DNA from: Alphaproteobacteria bacterium
GTDB lineage: Bacteria; Pseudomonadota; Alphaproteobacteria; Rickettsiales; UBA1997
Length of the DNA: 64,000 nt
NCBI GenBank assembly: GCA_014190355.1
Contig: BJGH01000001.1
Coordinates: forward strand, 244,957-308,956
Direction of reading: 5' to 3'
The position numbers and the translations under genes were made by a program. Positions 53,177 to 62,247 of the stretch are shown here, piece after piece. The notes below the pieces were generated by a model. The model did no database searches, was not told the DNA's origin, and saw nothing but the letters and a program-made list of their open reading frames with translations. Position 1 is the first letter of the stretch. Every line of letters begins with the position of its first letter.

Positions 53177-53702
53177 TTGATTCTCCTAAAATTGTTTTAG
53201 TCATTTTTGGGTAGCTTGAGTTTTTACTTAACCAGATATCAACAAAATATCTCGCTAATTTTGGCTCAGTTATTTTTCCAACCGACTTATGGTTGTAAAA
53301 TAATTCAACACCGTTTAGTGGTGAAAATATTGCTACTTTGCAGTCTCCTTTTTTTACATCAAGAAAAATTTTCATAAATTCCCGATGATAGACGATTAAT
53401 TCATTTTGATCTGTAATATTTTGGATTCTTTTTATTTCTTCAATTGATCTCTTTGCAAGATTCTCTCGGGAAAAATTCATTTTATAATTAATTTCGATAG
53501 CAAATTTATCATTATAGGAAAATTTTTTATTTTGAGACCAAAGTTTTATATTATAAACATTTAAACCAATAACTTTTAAATCATATTGTCCAATCAAATT
53601 AGGTGATAAAATGTTTTGCAATATTTCTTGATGAATTTCTTGGCCATAGGCTTTGATATTAGTAAATAATAATATTAAAGAAAAAAAAATAGTTTTTAAC
53701 AT
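53166..53702 (-). CDS. Chalcone-isomerase-like exported protein
   Basis: Signal peptide; G..VY...LW, RSIEEI, DV.KGD, F.DIWL...S.P. Confidence 0.75.
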   Translation of the reverse strand: MLKTIFFSLILLFTNIKAYGQEIHQEILQNILSPNLIGQYDLKVIGLNVYNIKLWSQNKKFSYNDKFAIEINYKMNFSRENLAKRSIEEIKRIQNITDQNELIVYHREFMKIFLDVKKGDCKVAIFSPLNGVELFYNHKSVGKITEPKLARYFVDIWLSKNSSYPKMTKTILGESNDY

Positions 53703-53708
53703 GAGTAG

Positions 53709-54863
53709 TTATTTTTTAATTAATTCAAATTGTACAACATTTGTTCTTTCAACTGCAAAACCAGCTATGCAGTAAGCAAAATAAAATCGCCATTTGCGGA
53801 TAAAAGAATCATCAAAACCTAATTTTTTTATTTCTAAAATTTTATTATCAAAATTTTCTAACCAGATTTTTAAGGTTTTAACATAATCCAAAGCAAAATC
53901 TATTTCACTTTTTATAGTAAAATTATATTGGCTGGCGAGCTTATGAATTATTGATTTTGAAGGAAGAACTCCTCCAGGGAAAATATGTTTTTGAATGAAA
54001 TCAACTCTTTTTTTGTAACCATCAAAAACTTTATCATCAATGGTAATAATCTGCAAAACAGCTTTACCAGTAGCTTTAAGACATTTGTTCAAAATTTCAA
54101 AATAATTTTGCCAATATTCTTGACCAACTGCTTCAAACATTTCAATCGATACGATATTGTCATATACACCCTGCTCTAGCCGATAATCTTGAAGCTTAAT
54201 AACAAATTTTGAGGAAAATTTTTCTAATCTTTTTTCTGCAAACTCTTTTTGTTTTTGGGACAAAGTAAGTCCAGTAACTTTAAAATCTTTTTTCAATGCC
54301 AGCTCCATAAAACCTCCCCAACCACAACCAATTTCTAAAATAGTTTGATTACTTAATTTATCGATAATATTTTGATATTTTTTTTCCTGAGCTTGAGCAA
54401 GATTTTTTGAATTTTCAAGATCTATTGCACTTGAGTAAGTCATAGTTTGATCAAGCCATAATTGATAAAATTCATTACCTAGATCATAATGGTAACTGAT
54501 GTTTTTTCTACTTTTATTAAGAGTATTTTTTTTAAAAATGTTTTTCAAATAAAGCCAAAGCATTTTAAATTTTTTAGCATGAAAAAAATGCTCTAAAGCA
54601 TTTGCATTAAAAGTTAGAAATGTCAACAAATCTACTAAATCTTCACTATCCCATCGCTTATTAATATATGCCTCACCAAACGCTACATCACCTCCCAAAA
54701 TTAATTCCTCGATTATTCTTTCATCATAAATTTTAATCATTGCTTGTGGTCCAGGCTTTTTGGCAAAAAATTCTTTATTAACCTTAGACTCTGATAACTC
54801 GATTTTAATTGAACCAAACTCAATGCAATCAAGAGCTTGCCATAAAAAATTATATTTTTCCAT
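53709..54863 (-). CDS. Cfa-family SAM-dependent fatty acyl methyltransferase
   Basis: NISYHYDLGNEFY, MTYSSA, LEIGCGWG, DYR, SIEMFEAVG, FIQKHIFPGG, YCIAGF. Confidence 0.93.
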   Translation of the reverse strand: MEKYNFLWQALDCIEFGSIKIELSESKVNKEFFAKKPGPQAMIKIYDERIIEELILGGDVAFGEAYINKRWDSEDLVDLLTFLTFNANALEHFFHAKKFKMLWLYLKNIFKKNTLNKSRKNISYHYDLGNEFYQLWLDQTMTYSSAIDLENSKNLAQAQEKKYQNIIDKLSNQTILEIGCGWGGFMELALKKDFKVTGLTLSQKQKEFAEKRLEKFSSKFVIKLQDYRLEQGVYDNIVSIEMFEAVGQEYWQNYFEILNKCLKATGKAVLQIITIDDKVFDGYKKRVDFIQKHIFPGGVLPSKSIIHKLASQYNFTIKSEIDFALDYVKTLKIWLENFDNKILEIKKLGFDDSFIRKWRFYFAYCIAGFAVERTNVVQFELIKK

Positions 54864-54881
54864 AATTTAAAATAATTTTTA

Positions 54882-55793
54882 TTATTTGTTAGTAGTAATT
54901 TTATTAGAAATTTTATTAGGATTGCTAATAAATTTTATTTTTTTTAAGAATAATTTTAAAGCTTGCCAATGAATTAAAAATATTACTTTAAAAGTAACTA
55001 AAGGAATCTGCCAAAAAGCATTAATCAAGTTAAAATCATTATATTGCTTAATTTTATAACTAATTGCACTAGTTAATAATTTTTTTTGACCTTCAACTAT
55101 ATAATCAATCCAGACAGCTGTTTTATTAGGTTTGAAAATCACTCGAAAACGATAATTTCCTTCAACTTTAAAAAATGGTGATACATACATTTTTTTATCC
55201 GTAGTAAACCATTGATCCTCACCAATTTCGGTTTGATCCTGATTATAAACCAAATAACAATGATGCTGATTAAAAGTATTATTAACCTCAAATAGAATTG
55301 CTTTTAAATTATTATCAGCATCTAAACAAAACCAAAAACTTACAGGATTAAAAACATATCCCAAAAAACGCGGATGAGTGAATAAAAAAATTTTGACAAT
55401 TTGCTCATTTAAGTTTTTTTCATTAAGAATTTTACGAATCCAAATCTCAAGATCCTTACCATCTCTATTGCCATGGTCTTTATTGTAAAAACTAAAAACA
55501 TTAAAGCGATTAATCGAAAAAAAACTTTGCTTTAAATTATTAATTTTAGATATGTCAAAACAAATATAAAAAACTTTATAAACAAACTGATTAATTTTAG
55601 GTGAACATCTCTTATGCATAACATTAGCAAATACTAAAAAATAACTGGCAAAATTATTCGAACTTATTTGTAAATTATCCTTAGTATACTGAGAATCAGT
55701 AGATTTTTTCAAAAATAAAAATTTTAAAAAAATAATAGTTAAACTTGTATAAAAAAATTGCCAAACTTTTTTTAATAATTTTAGACCTGCCAT
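54882..55793 (-). CDS. DUF1365 family protein (UfaO-like)
   Basis: H.R..P...F.Y, GYVFNPVSFWFC, EVNNTF...H.Y, YVSPF, IHWQALKL. Confidence 0.88.
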   Translation of the reverse strand: MAGLKLLKKVWQFFYTSLTIIFLKFLFLKKSTDSQYTKDNLQISSNNFASYFLVFANVMHKRCSPKINQFVYKVFYICFDISKINNLKQSFFSINRFNVFSFYNKDHGNRDGKDLEIWIRKILNEKNLNEQIVKIFLFTHPRFLGYVFNPVSFWFCLDADNNLKAILFEVNNTFNQHHCYLVYNQDQTEIGEDQWFTTDKKMYVSPFFKVEGNYRFRVIFKPNKTAVWIDYIVEGQKKLLTSAISYKIKQYNDFNLINAFWQIPLVTFKVIFLIHWQALKLFLKKIKFISNPNKISNKITTNK

Positions 55794-57079
55794 GGCAATT
55801 TAACCTCGAGTTTATTTATAACCTGCAAAGCTGAGTTAAAACCATCTTCATGAAAGCCAAAATATCGATATGCTCCACAAAAATATAAATTGTTAAGACC
55901 TTGAATTTCATCGAATCGTTGCTGAGCAATTATTGTTTTTTCATCAAAAATTGGATGATGATATTTATATTGACCAAAAATATCTTGCTTAGCAATTTCT
56001 TGATTAGGATTTAAAGTAACAAAAAGCGGATATTTGTTATCAATTCCTTGCAGATTATTCATCCAATAGCTCACTGATAATTTATCATGATCTTGACCCT
56101 GAGAGCTATAAACCCAACTTGCCCAAGCTTTTTTACTATTTGGCATAATTTTTTGATCCTTATGTAAAACTGCTAGATTTTCTTGATATTTAATATTACC
56201 TAATATTTCTTGATGAAGTTTGTTAGGATTTGCTAAAATCTTTAATGCCTGATCACTATGACTTGCAATTATTACTTTATCAAATACTTCATTAGTTTTA
56301 GCACTTTTAACTAAAACTTTATTATTTTGATCATTGCTTATTTTAATAACCTCATCATTTAAACTAACTTTATTAGAAATTTGTTCAATAATTTTAGCAA
56401 CATAGCTTTGCGATCCATTATTAACAGTATACCATTGCGGTTGATTGTTAACAGTTAGTAAGCCATGATTTTTAAAAAATTGCACAAAAGATTGTGCTGG
56501 ATAATCACCAATTTTAGCGAGTGGAGAACTCCAAATCGCTGATGCCATTGGCAATAAATAATATTTCTGAAAATAACTTTTCATTTTCAGATCGTCAATA
56601 AATTTTTTTAGACTATAACTCGGATCAAATGGCTTTTTCAAAAGCTCAACTGCTTGTTTATTAAATTTCAAAATATCAAAAATCATTTGCCAGAAATGAT
56701 GATTAAAAATATTTTTCTGCTGAGCAAACATTGAAAATAAAGAAGTTCCTGCATATTCTAATTTGCCATTATCGATCTTTACTGCAAATGACATTTGGCT
56801 TTTTTTTACCTCAACCTTGAGCAAATCAAAAAACTTAGTAAGATTTGGATATGTTTCGTAATTAAAGACAATAAATCCAGTATCAACAGCAATTTTACAA
56901 TCATCATAAACGATATTAGCAGTGTTAGAATGTCCGCCAAAATAGTTATTTTTTTCAAAAAGTTTAATATCAAATTTATCTTTCAAAAAATATGCACAGA
57001 CTAAGCCTGATATCCCAGAACCAATAATTGCTAGCTTTGGCTTATAATTTAAATTTTTATTTTCATTGTTATTTTCCAC
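55781..57079 (-). CDS. FAD-dependent oxidoreductase (COG2907, UfaD-like)
   Basis: AIIGSGISGL, GGHSNT, VDTGFIVFN..TYPN, FFKNHGLL, YWMNNLQ, GFHEDG. Confidence 0.9.
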   Translation of the reverse strand: MENNNENKNLNYKPKLAIIGSGISGLVCAYFLKDKFDIKLFEKNNYFGGHSNTANIVYDDCKIAVDTGFIVFNYETYPNLTKFFDLLKVEVKKSQMSFAVKIDNGKLEYAGTSLFSMFAQQKNIFNHHFWQMIFDILKFNKQAVELLKKPFDPSYSLKKFIDDLKMKSYFQKYYLLPMASAIWSSPLAKIGDYPAQSFVQFFKNHGLLTVNNQPQWYTVNNGSQSYVAKIIEQISNKVSLNDEVIKISNDQNNKVLVKSAKTNEVFDKVIIASHSDQALKILANPNKLHQEILGNIKYQENLAVLHKDQKIMPNSKKAWASWVYSSQGQDHDKLSVSYWMNNLQGIDNKYPLFVTLNPNQEIAKQDIFGQYKYHHPIFDEKTIIAQQRFDEIQGLNNLYFCGAYRYFGFHEDGFNSALQVINKLEVKLPWQV

Positions 57080-57103
57080 TGGTGATAATTATTTTAAAGT
57101 TTT

Positions 57104-57829
57104 TTAAGTATTATTTTTCTTCCTTTTTCGGGCAATAATGTTAAGAGATTCAACACCAAGAGTAAAGAATAATGAAAAATACAGATAACCTTTAGATATC
57201 GGAAAATGAATGCCGTCAGCTAAAAGAATTACCCCTATCATAAATATGAATGCAAGCGCTACAACTTTAAGCGAAGGATAATTGTGAAGAAAATAGCTAA
57301 TTTTTTCAGATGCTAAAAGCATCGCAATCATTGAAATGACTACCGCAGTAACAATTACTGGGATATTACTAGTCATACCAACAGCGGTAATTATTGAATC
57401 AAATGAAAATACAAAGTCGATAACAGTAATTTGCAAAATTGCCGAAATCATGTTTTTAGCAGTTCCAGTTTTAGTTTTATCTTCGCTATAATCTTGATCA
57501 AAATAAACATCACAAAAAATCTCCCATCCACTTTTTACAATCAAAAATAATCCTCCAAATATTAACAGGAAATTTTTAAAAGAATAAGGATTATCTGCGA
57601 TATAAAATAATGGATTTGTAAAACTCATTACCCAAGATAAAGTCATCAGCATTATTACTCTGATAATAAATGCCAAGGCTAAACCAAAAGCTCGAGCTTG
57701 TTTACGCTTTTTAGCAGGAAGCTTGGAGACTGCGATAGCAATAAAAATAAGGTTATCAATTCCTAAAACAATTTCTAAAAATGTAAGGGTGATAAGACTA
57801 AAAAGGATGTCATATGTTAGAAATTCCAT
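57104..57829 (-). CDS. TerC-family membrane protein
   Basis: LEIVLGIDNLIFI, DFVFSFDSIITAVG, KGYLYF. Confidence 0.93.
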   Translation of the reverse strand: MEFLTYDILFSLITLTFLEIVLGIDNLIFIAIAVSKLPAKKRKQARAFGLALAFIIRVIMLMTLSWVMSFTNPLFYIADNPYSFKNFLLIFGGLFLIVKSGWEIFCDVYFDQDYSEDKTKTGTAKNMISAILQITVIDFVFSFDSIITAVGMTSNIPVIVTAVVISMIAMLLASEKISYFLHNYPSLKVVALAFIFMIGVILLADGIHFPISKGYLYFSLFFTLGVESLNIIARKRKKNNT

Positions 57830-57885
57830 AAGTAATTTATTAATTGTTGATAATTTTTAACTTATAATGGTTTTAAAAAATTAAT

Positions 57886-58485
57886 TTAAAGTTTGATGAT
57901 GTTTTGTTGATGTAAAAAACTAATTAATGGCTGAATATTTAACCCTAAAACCGCAAAATAATCACCATCAACCTCATCAAATAAATGCTTACCTAATAAC
58001 TCGTATTTATAACTTCCAGCACACCCCCATGATTGATCATGATCAACATAATTCTCGATTTGCTCAACAGTCAGATTGCGCATTTTTAATTTTACTTTTG
58101 TAAAATTTTTAAAGATAATTTTCGAATCTTTAACAACAACAACTGCATTATTTTGGAAATGAATATTATTTGAAAATTTCATTAGTTGCTCAATAGCCTG
58201 TTGACGATTTTGTGATTTGGAAATTTCATTACCAGTAAACTCACATACCTGATCTGAGCCAATAACATAATTACCAGCAAAGTTAACACTGATTGACAGG
58301 GCTTTTTGGATTGCTAATTCAAGAGCTAAGTCTTGAGGTTGCAAATGCAGATAATTATGCTTTTGAGCATCTTCGTCAAAAATTGGTTTTTGCACTTCAA
58401 AATTTATACCGTGAGATTGAAGAATTTGCTTACGAATTTGTGAAGTTGAAGCTAAAATAATTTTAGCATTAGCTTTAATTAGCAT
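57886..58485 (-). CDS. maf: Maf-family nucleotide pyrophosphatase
   Basis: ILASTS..R, KA.S, GSDQ, AGSY..E, GDY..VLGL. Confidence 0.92.
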   Translation of the reverse strand: MLIKANAKIILASTSQIRKQILQSHGINFEVQKPIFDEDAQKHNYLHLQPQDLALELAIQKALSISVNFAGNYVIGSDQVCEFTGNEISKSQNRQQAIEQLMKFSNNIHFQNNAVVVVKDSKIIFKNFTKVKLKMRNLTVEQIENYVDHDQSWGCAGSYKYELLGKHLFDEVDGDYFAVLGLNIQPLISFLHQQNIIKL

Positions 58486-59114
58486 TCTTGCGATTTAATT
58501 TTTATCATATTAAGGAACCTATCTTCAAGAATTGGGTCATTTTTAAATTCACCTAAAATTGACATTGTGACGGTTGAAGCATCCTGCTTATGAATTCCGC
58601 GAGTGGTCATGCATTGATGTTTTGCATCAATTAAAACTGCAACACCTCTGGGTTTTAGAACTTCGTCAATAGCATTAGCAATTTGCATAGTTAGAGTTTC
58701 CTGCGTTTGTAATCTCTTTGCAAATATATCGACAAGTCGAGCAATTTTACTAATTCCAACAACATTGCGATCAGGGATATAAGCAACATGAGCAATACCA
58801 ATAAAAGGAACCATATGATGTTCACAATGCGATTCCATACGAATATTTTTAATCAATACAATATCATCGTATCCTTGAACATCATCAAAAGTTTTACCGA
58901 GAACTTTACGATGGTCTTCGTTGTATCCGTAAAAAAAATCAAGGTATGCGTTGACTACTCTCTTAGGAGTTTCTAAAAGTCCCTCACGATTTGGATCATC
59001 TCCAGCCCAAGCGATTAAAGTTTTAACTGCTTTTTGAGCATCTTCGATTGATGGCTTAACATTTGATTTATTGGCATGACTGCGATCAATAAAATTTTTA
59101 CTATTTTTTTTCAT
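58479..59114 (-). CDS. folE: GTP cyclohydrolase I
   Basis: REGLLETPKRV, SHCEHHMVPF, GISKIAR, RLQTQE, HQCMTTRG. Confidence 0.97.
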   Translation of the reverse strand: MKKNSKNFIDRSHANKSNVKPSIEDAQKAVKTLIAWAGDDPNREGLLETPKRVVNAYLDFFYGYNEDHRKVLGKTFDDVQGYDDIVLIKNIRMESHCEHHMVPFIGIAHVAYIPDRNVVGISKIARLVDIFAKRLQTQETLTMQIANAIDEVLKPRGVAVLIDAKHQCMTTRGIHKQDASTVTMSILGEFKNDPILEDRFLNMIKIKSQEC

Positions 59115-59323
59115 GGATAAATATTTTTTTTAAAAATTAAAGTTACAATTGCATTGTAAAGTTTTAAATTTAATTTAGTAAAGTAAATAATACAAAAATT
59201 AAAAAATAATTTCAACTTTTATTCAACAAAATAATTTTTTATTTTTTAATTTAAAAAAATTTACTCAATGAACTGATAATTTATTTGTTTTAAACTTAAT
59301 CACATCAATCTAATTAGAATTTT

Positions 59324-59863
59324 ATGCAAAAAAATACAAACTTCAAAAAACTTTTAGGCTTAGTTGCTTTATCTTTATTTATTTCTCAAACAGCCTTGGC
59401 ATCTGATATCGGTGTTCTTGACCTAGAACAAATCATTAAAGACTCGAAAGCCATGCGTGATATTCAAACCAAAGTTAACAAAAAACAAGATGATTATCAA
59501 AAAGAAATTACTAAAAAACAAAATGATCTCGAGGCTGAGCAAAAAGTAATCGAAGGCAAAAAAAATGTTTTATCTAAAGAAGGTTTTGAAAAAGAAATTC
59601 AAAAATTTGAAAAGAAAGTTGATGACCTAAAAAATTATGTTGATCGCAAACAAAATAGTTTGAAAAAAGCTTCAATTGAGTCAATGAGCAAAGTCAATGA
59701 AATTGTTAAAGAAATTGTTGATGATATCGCTAAGGATCGAGGTTTTAAAATAATAGTTTCGGCTTCTCAAACCATTTACTTTAATGATACTCTTGATGTA
59801 ACCGAAGAAGTATTAACTAAGCTTGATAAGAAAATTACAAAAGTTGATGTTAAATTTGAGTAA
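59324..59863 (+). CDS. skp: OmpH/Skp periplasmic chaperone
   Basis: Signal ending ALA, IGVLD...I...S, long coiled coil, DVTEEVL..L. Confidence 0.85.
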   Translation: MQKNTNFKKLLGLVALSLFISQTALASDIGVLDLEQIIKDSKAMRDIQTKVNKKQDDYQKEITKKQNDLEAEQKVIEGKKNVLSKEGFEKEIQKFEKKVDDLKNYVDRKQNSLKKASIESMSKVNEIVKEIVDDIAKDRGFKIIVSASQTIYFNDTLDVTEEVLTKLDKKITKVDVKFE

Positions 59864-59923
59864 AAACTAGTTTCCAGTTATGAAATCTTGAATTTAATTT
59901 TTTTAAATTTATCTCAATTAATT

Positions 59924-60880
59924 TCATCTGTTGGCAAATTTTTGAAATGCTTCAATTATTTTAACACGATCAATTTTAGTATATTTTTGAGTAGTTGATA
60001 AACTTTCATGTCCTAATAAATCCTGAATCACTCGTAAATCACTGCCATTTTGTAAAAGATGTGTAGCGAAAGAATGACGAAAACTGTGCGGAGTTATATC
60101 TTCACTTAAATTAAGTTTTCTTCGAATTAAAGTGATTAATTGATTATAATCAAATCTTGTCATAGCCTGGCAATTATCTTTTATAAAAATACCTTTTAGT
60201 CTTAATGGATTATTTAAATCGGTATTAAATTTGTAAGGACATATTTGAAAATATTTTTTCAAGGCATCAGTCACAGGCTCAAGCAATGGAATGATTCTTT
60301 GCTTCTTACCCTTACCCATCACAACTATATTTTGAAAGTTTTGTATATCAACTAACCTAATACTTAAAGCTTCTGAAATTCTTAATCCACAACCATAAAT
60401 AAGGTAAATCAAAGCCTGATCCCTTTTAACATGCCAATCCTTTTTTCGAATAACAGCAATTTCATCAATAATTTTCTTAATATCAACAATAGCAACAGGA
60501 CGAGGTAACGATTTAGAAATTTTAGGAGTTTTCAGTTTGTCAATTTCTTGATTAATTATTAAATTATTGCGTTTTAAAAATTTAAAAAAACTCCTTAAAA
60601 CCGCTACAGCTCTGGCATTAGAACTATTAGTATGATCCAAACCTCTAGTACTTAACCACTTTCTTAGATCAAACAATGATAGAGATTCCAAGGTATCAAC
60701 ATCAACCTTTACTTGTCTTAAATTACTAAAAAAATTAAGAAAAAAAACTAAATCACGATAATATGCTTCAAGGGTATTTGCAGAATATTTTTTTTCTACT
60801 TGCAAAAAATTTAAAAACTTATTTAGATATTCATTAACAGTTCTGGTGCAGGTATTATTTTCTTTAAAATCTTCAATCAT
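59924..60880 (-). CDS. xerC: Tyrosine recombinase XerC
   Basis: S.NT..AY..DL, LPR, YGCGLRISE, GKGKKQR, TPHSFRHSFATHLL..GSDLR.IQ.LLGH.SLSTTQ.YT. XerC rather than XerD is a judgement from the LSTTQKYT tail. Confidence 0.85.
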   Translation of the reverse strand: MIEDFKENNTCTRTVNEYLNKFLNFLQVEKKYSANTLEAYYRDLVFFLNFFSNLRQVKVDVDTLESLSLFDLRKWLSTRGLDHTNSSNARAVAVLRSFFKFLKRNNLIINQEIDKLKTPKISKSLPRPVAIVDIKKIIDEIAVIRKKDWHVKRDQALIYLIYGCGLRISEALSIRLVDIQNFQNIVVMGKGKKQRIIPLLEPVTDALKKYFQICPYKFNTDLNNPLRLKGIFIKDNCQAMTRFDYNQLITLIRRKLNLSEDITPHSFRHSFATHLLQNGSDLRVIQDLLGHESLSTTQKYTKIDRVKIIEAFQKFANR

Positions 60881-60886
60881 TTCTTT

Positions 60887-61714
60887 ATGAAAAAAAAATT
60901 AATTATAACATTATTATTAACAATTCTAAACAATTCTTCATTTGCTGATATAGTAGATAGTGGAAATACCAAAATAATTTCTGCAACAAAAACAACAAAA
61001 GAAGAAATAGACAGTTTTTATAGTGATGATGGTTTAAAAAAATTATTTGAAAGTCAATTCAAAAATGATTTTTTTCAATTAATTAATTTTTATCAACCGC
61101 AAAACAATCCACTTTTTTGTGGGATTGCAGTTGGTGTTTCAGTTTTAAATGCTTTAGAGTATCCAGAAATTTTAACTAACACTGATAATCAAATAACTAA
61201 GAACGATAACAGTATTATCGAATACAAACTTTATTCTCAGCAAAATTTTTTAAATGACAAAACCGATGAAATAAAAGATCGTCAAGAAATTCTCTTCCAA
61301 AAACCAGTTTCAAGAGTTAAAAAAGATAACAAATGGGTCGATGTTTTTGATCCAGGATTAACTTTAGATGAACTTGCACAAATCCTTGAAAAGGTATACA
61401 AGCTAAAAGTTGAAAAATTTCATGTTGAAAATTCCAATAACCCAGATCAGTTTAGCGAAATTGTCAAAAAAATCTTACTTGAAAATAAAAAATTTATAAT
61501 TGTCAATTTTGACGGTAAAATTCTAAACAAAACTACTAATGGTCACATGGCATTAATTGGAGCATACCACCAAAATCTTAATGAAATTCTTATTCTTGAT
61601 CCCGCTTTACATAAAAATAAATGGTTTTGGGCAAATACTAAAGCATTATTCAATGCCATGAATACTAAAGACTCAGATCAATTCCGTGGATATTTAATTG
61701 TCAGTAAAAAATAA
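60887..61714 (+). CDS. Phytochelatin synthase-family protein with signal peptide
   Basis: Q....FCG...VLNAL (Cys), GLTL, GHMALIGAY (His), LILDPA (Asp), RGY; leader ending SFA. Confidence 0.85.
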   Translation: MKKKLIITLLLTILNNSSFADIVDSGNTKIISATKTTKEEIDSFYSDDGLKKLFESQFKNDFFQLINFYQPQNNPLFCGIAVGVSVLNALEYPEILTNTDNQITKNDNSIIEYKLYSQQNFLNDKTDEIKDRQEILFQKPVSRVKKDNKWVDVFDPGLTLDELAQILEKVYKLKVEKFHVENSNNPDQFSEIVKKILLENKKFIIVNFDGKILNKTTNGHMALIGAYHQNLNEILILDPALHKNKWFWANTKALFNAMNTKDSDQFRGYLIVSKK

Positions 61715-61915
61715 TGTTTTTTATAATAGATTTTAGTTAATAATTAAAATTTTTAAAATTATAACAAAATAAATTTTTGAATATTTCTTTTATCTAAATT
61801 CAAAAATACAAAACTTTAATGATAATTTAACAACCTTTAACTAGCTACGAGATACTGAAAACAAAGGATAGGATCCTAAAATTTACTTTATTTTAAAAAA
61901 TTTAAAAAAAAATAC

Positions 61916-61945
61916 TTGCCATAATAAATAATACAAAGGTATAAT
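61916..61945 (+). promoter_or_regulatory. Sigma70-type promoter
   Basis: TTGCCA (61916-21), 18-bp spacer, TATAAT (61940-45); predicted +1 about 61952, at the first base of the RNA helix. Confidence 0.7.
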
Positions 61946-61951
61946 AGTGTT

Positions 61952-62032
61952 GTCGGGAGTGTGCTAAATATAAAAGCTTTTACAGTAAATAGGTACACAC
62001 GCCGGGTTTGCGTGGTGGTGGCTCCCGACTTT
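61952..62032 (+). ncRNA. Unclassified ~80-nt structured RNA
   Basis: GC-rich island; closing helix GTCGGGAGT/GCTCCCGAC, two internal stems, then TTT; has a dedicated promoter. Confidence 0.6.
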
Positions 62033-62247
62033 AATTTCTTGAGTAACCAGTCTAATTATATGTCCTAATAATGGTTCTAATTATTAGTTTACAATGGTTG
62101 AGTTATTAAACTCCTTTTTAGCTTGTAAGTCTATTTTCTAAGCTAATTGCCATTAAATTTCACCAAGTTGTAATTAATAACTTCATAACATATGTTATTT
62201 AAGTTAAAATTAATTAGCTTTAAACAATTATAAATTCATTGCACCAA

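Noticed and set aside
57080-59323. SigmaE (RpoE-ChrR) promoter for the lipid cluster
   Set aside because: No TGATCC-type -35 element seen in the gaps upstream of the oxidoreductase, terC or folE.
59924-60880. Tyrosine recombinase as a phage or island integrase
   Set aside because: Motifs and size fit chromosomal XerC; no att repeats or mobile cargo nearby.
61952-62032. Identity of the small RNA as tRNA, SRP RNA or tmRNA
   Set aside because: No TTCRA T-loop, anticodon arm or CCA; no SRP CAGG..GRAA..AGCA core; no tmRNA ends. GGTACACACGCCGG only loosely resembles a tRNA-Leu D-arm.
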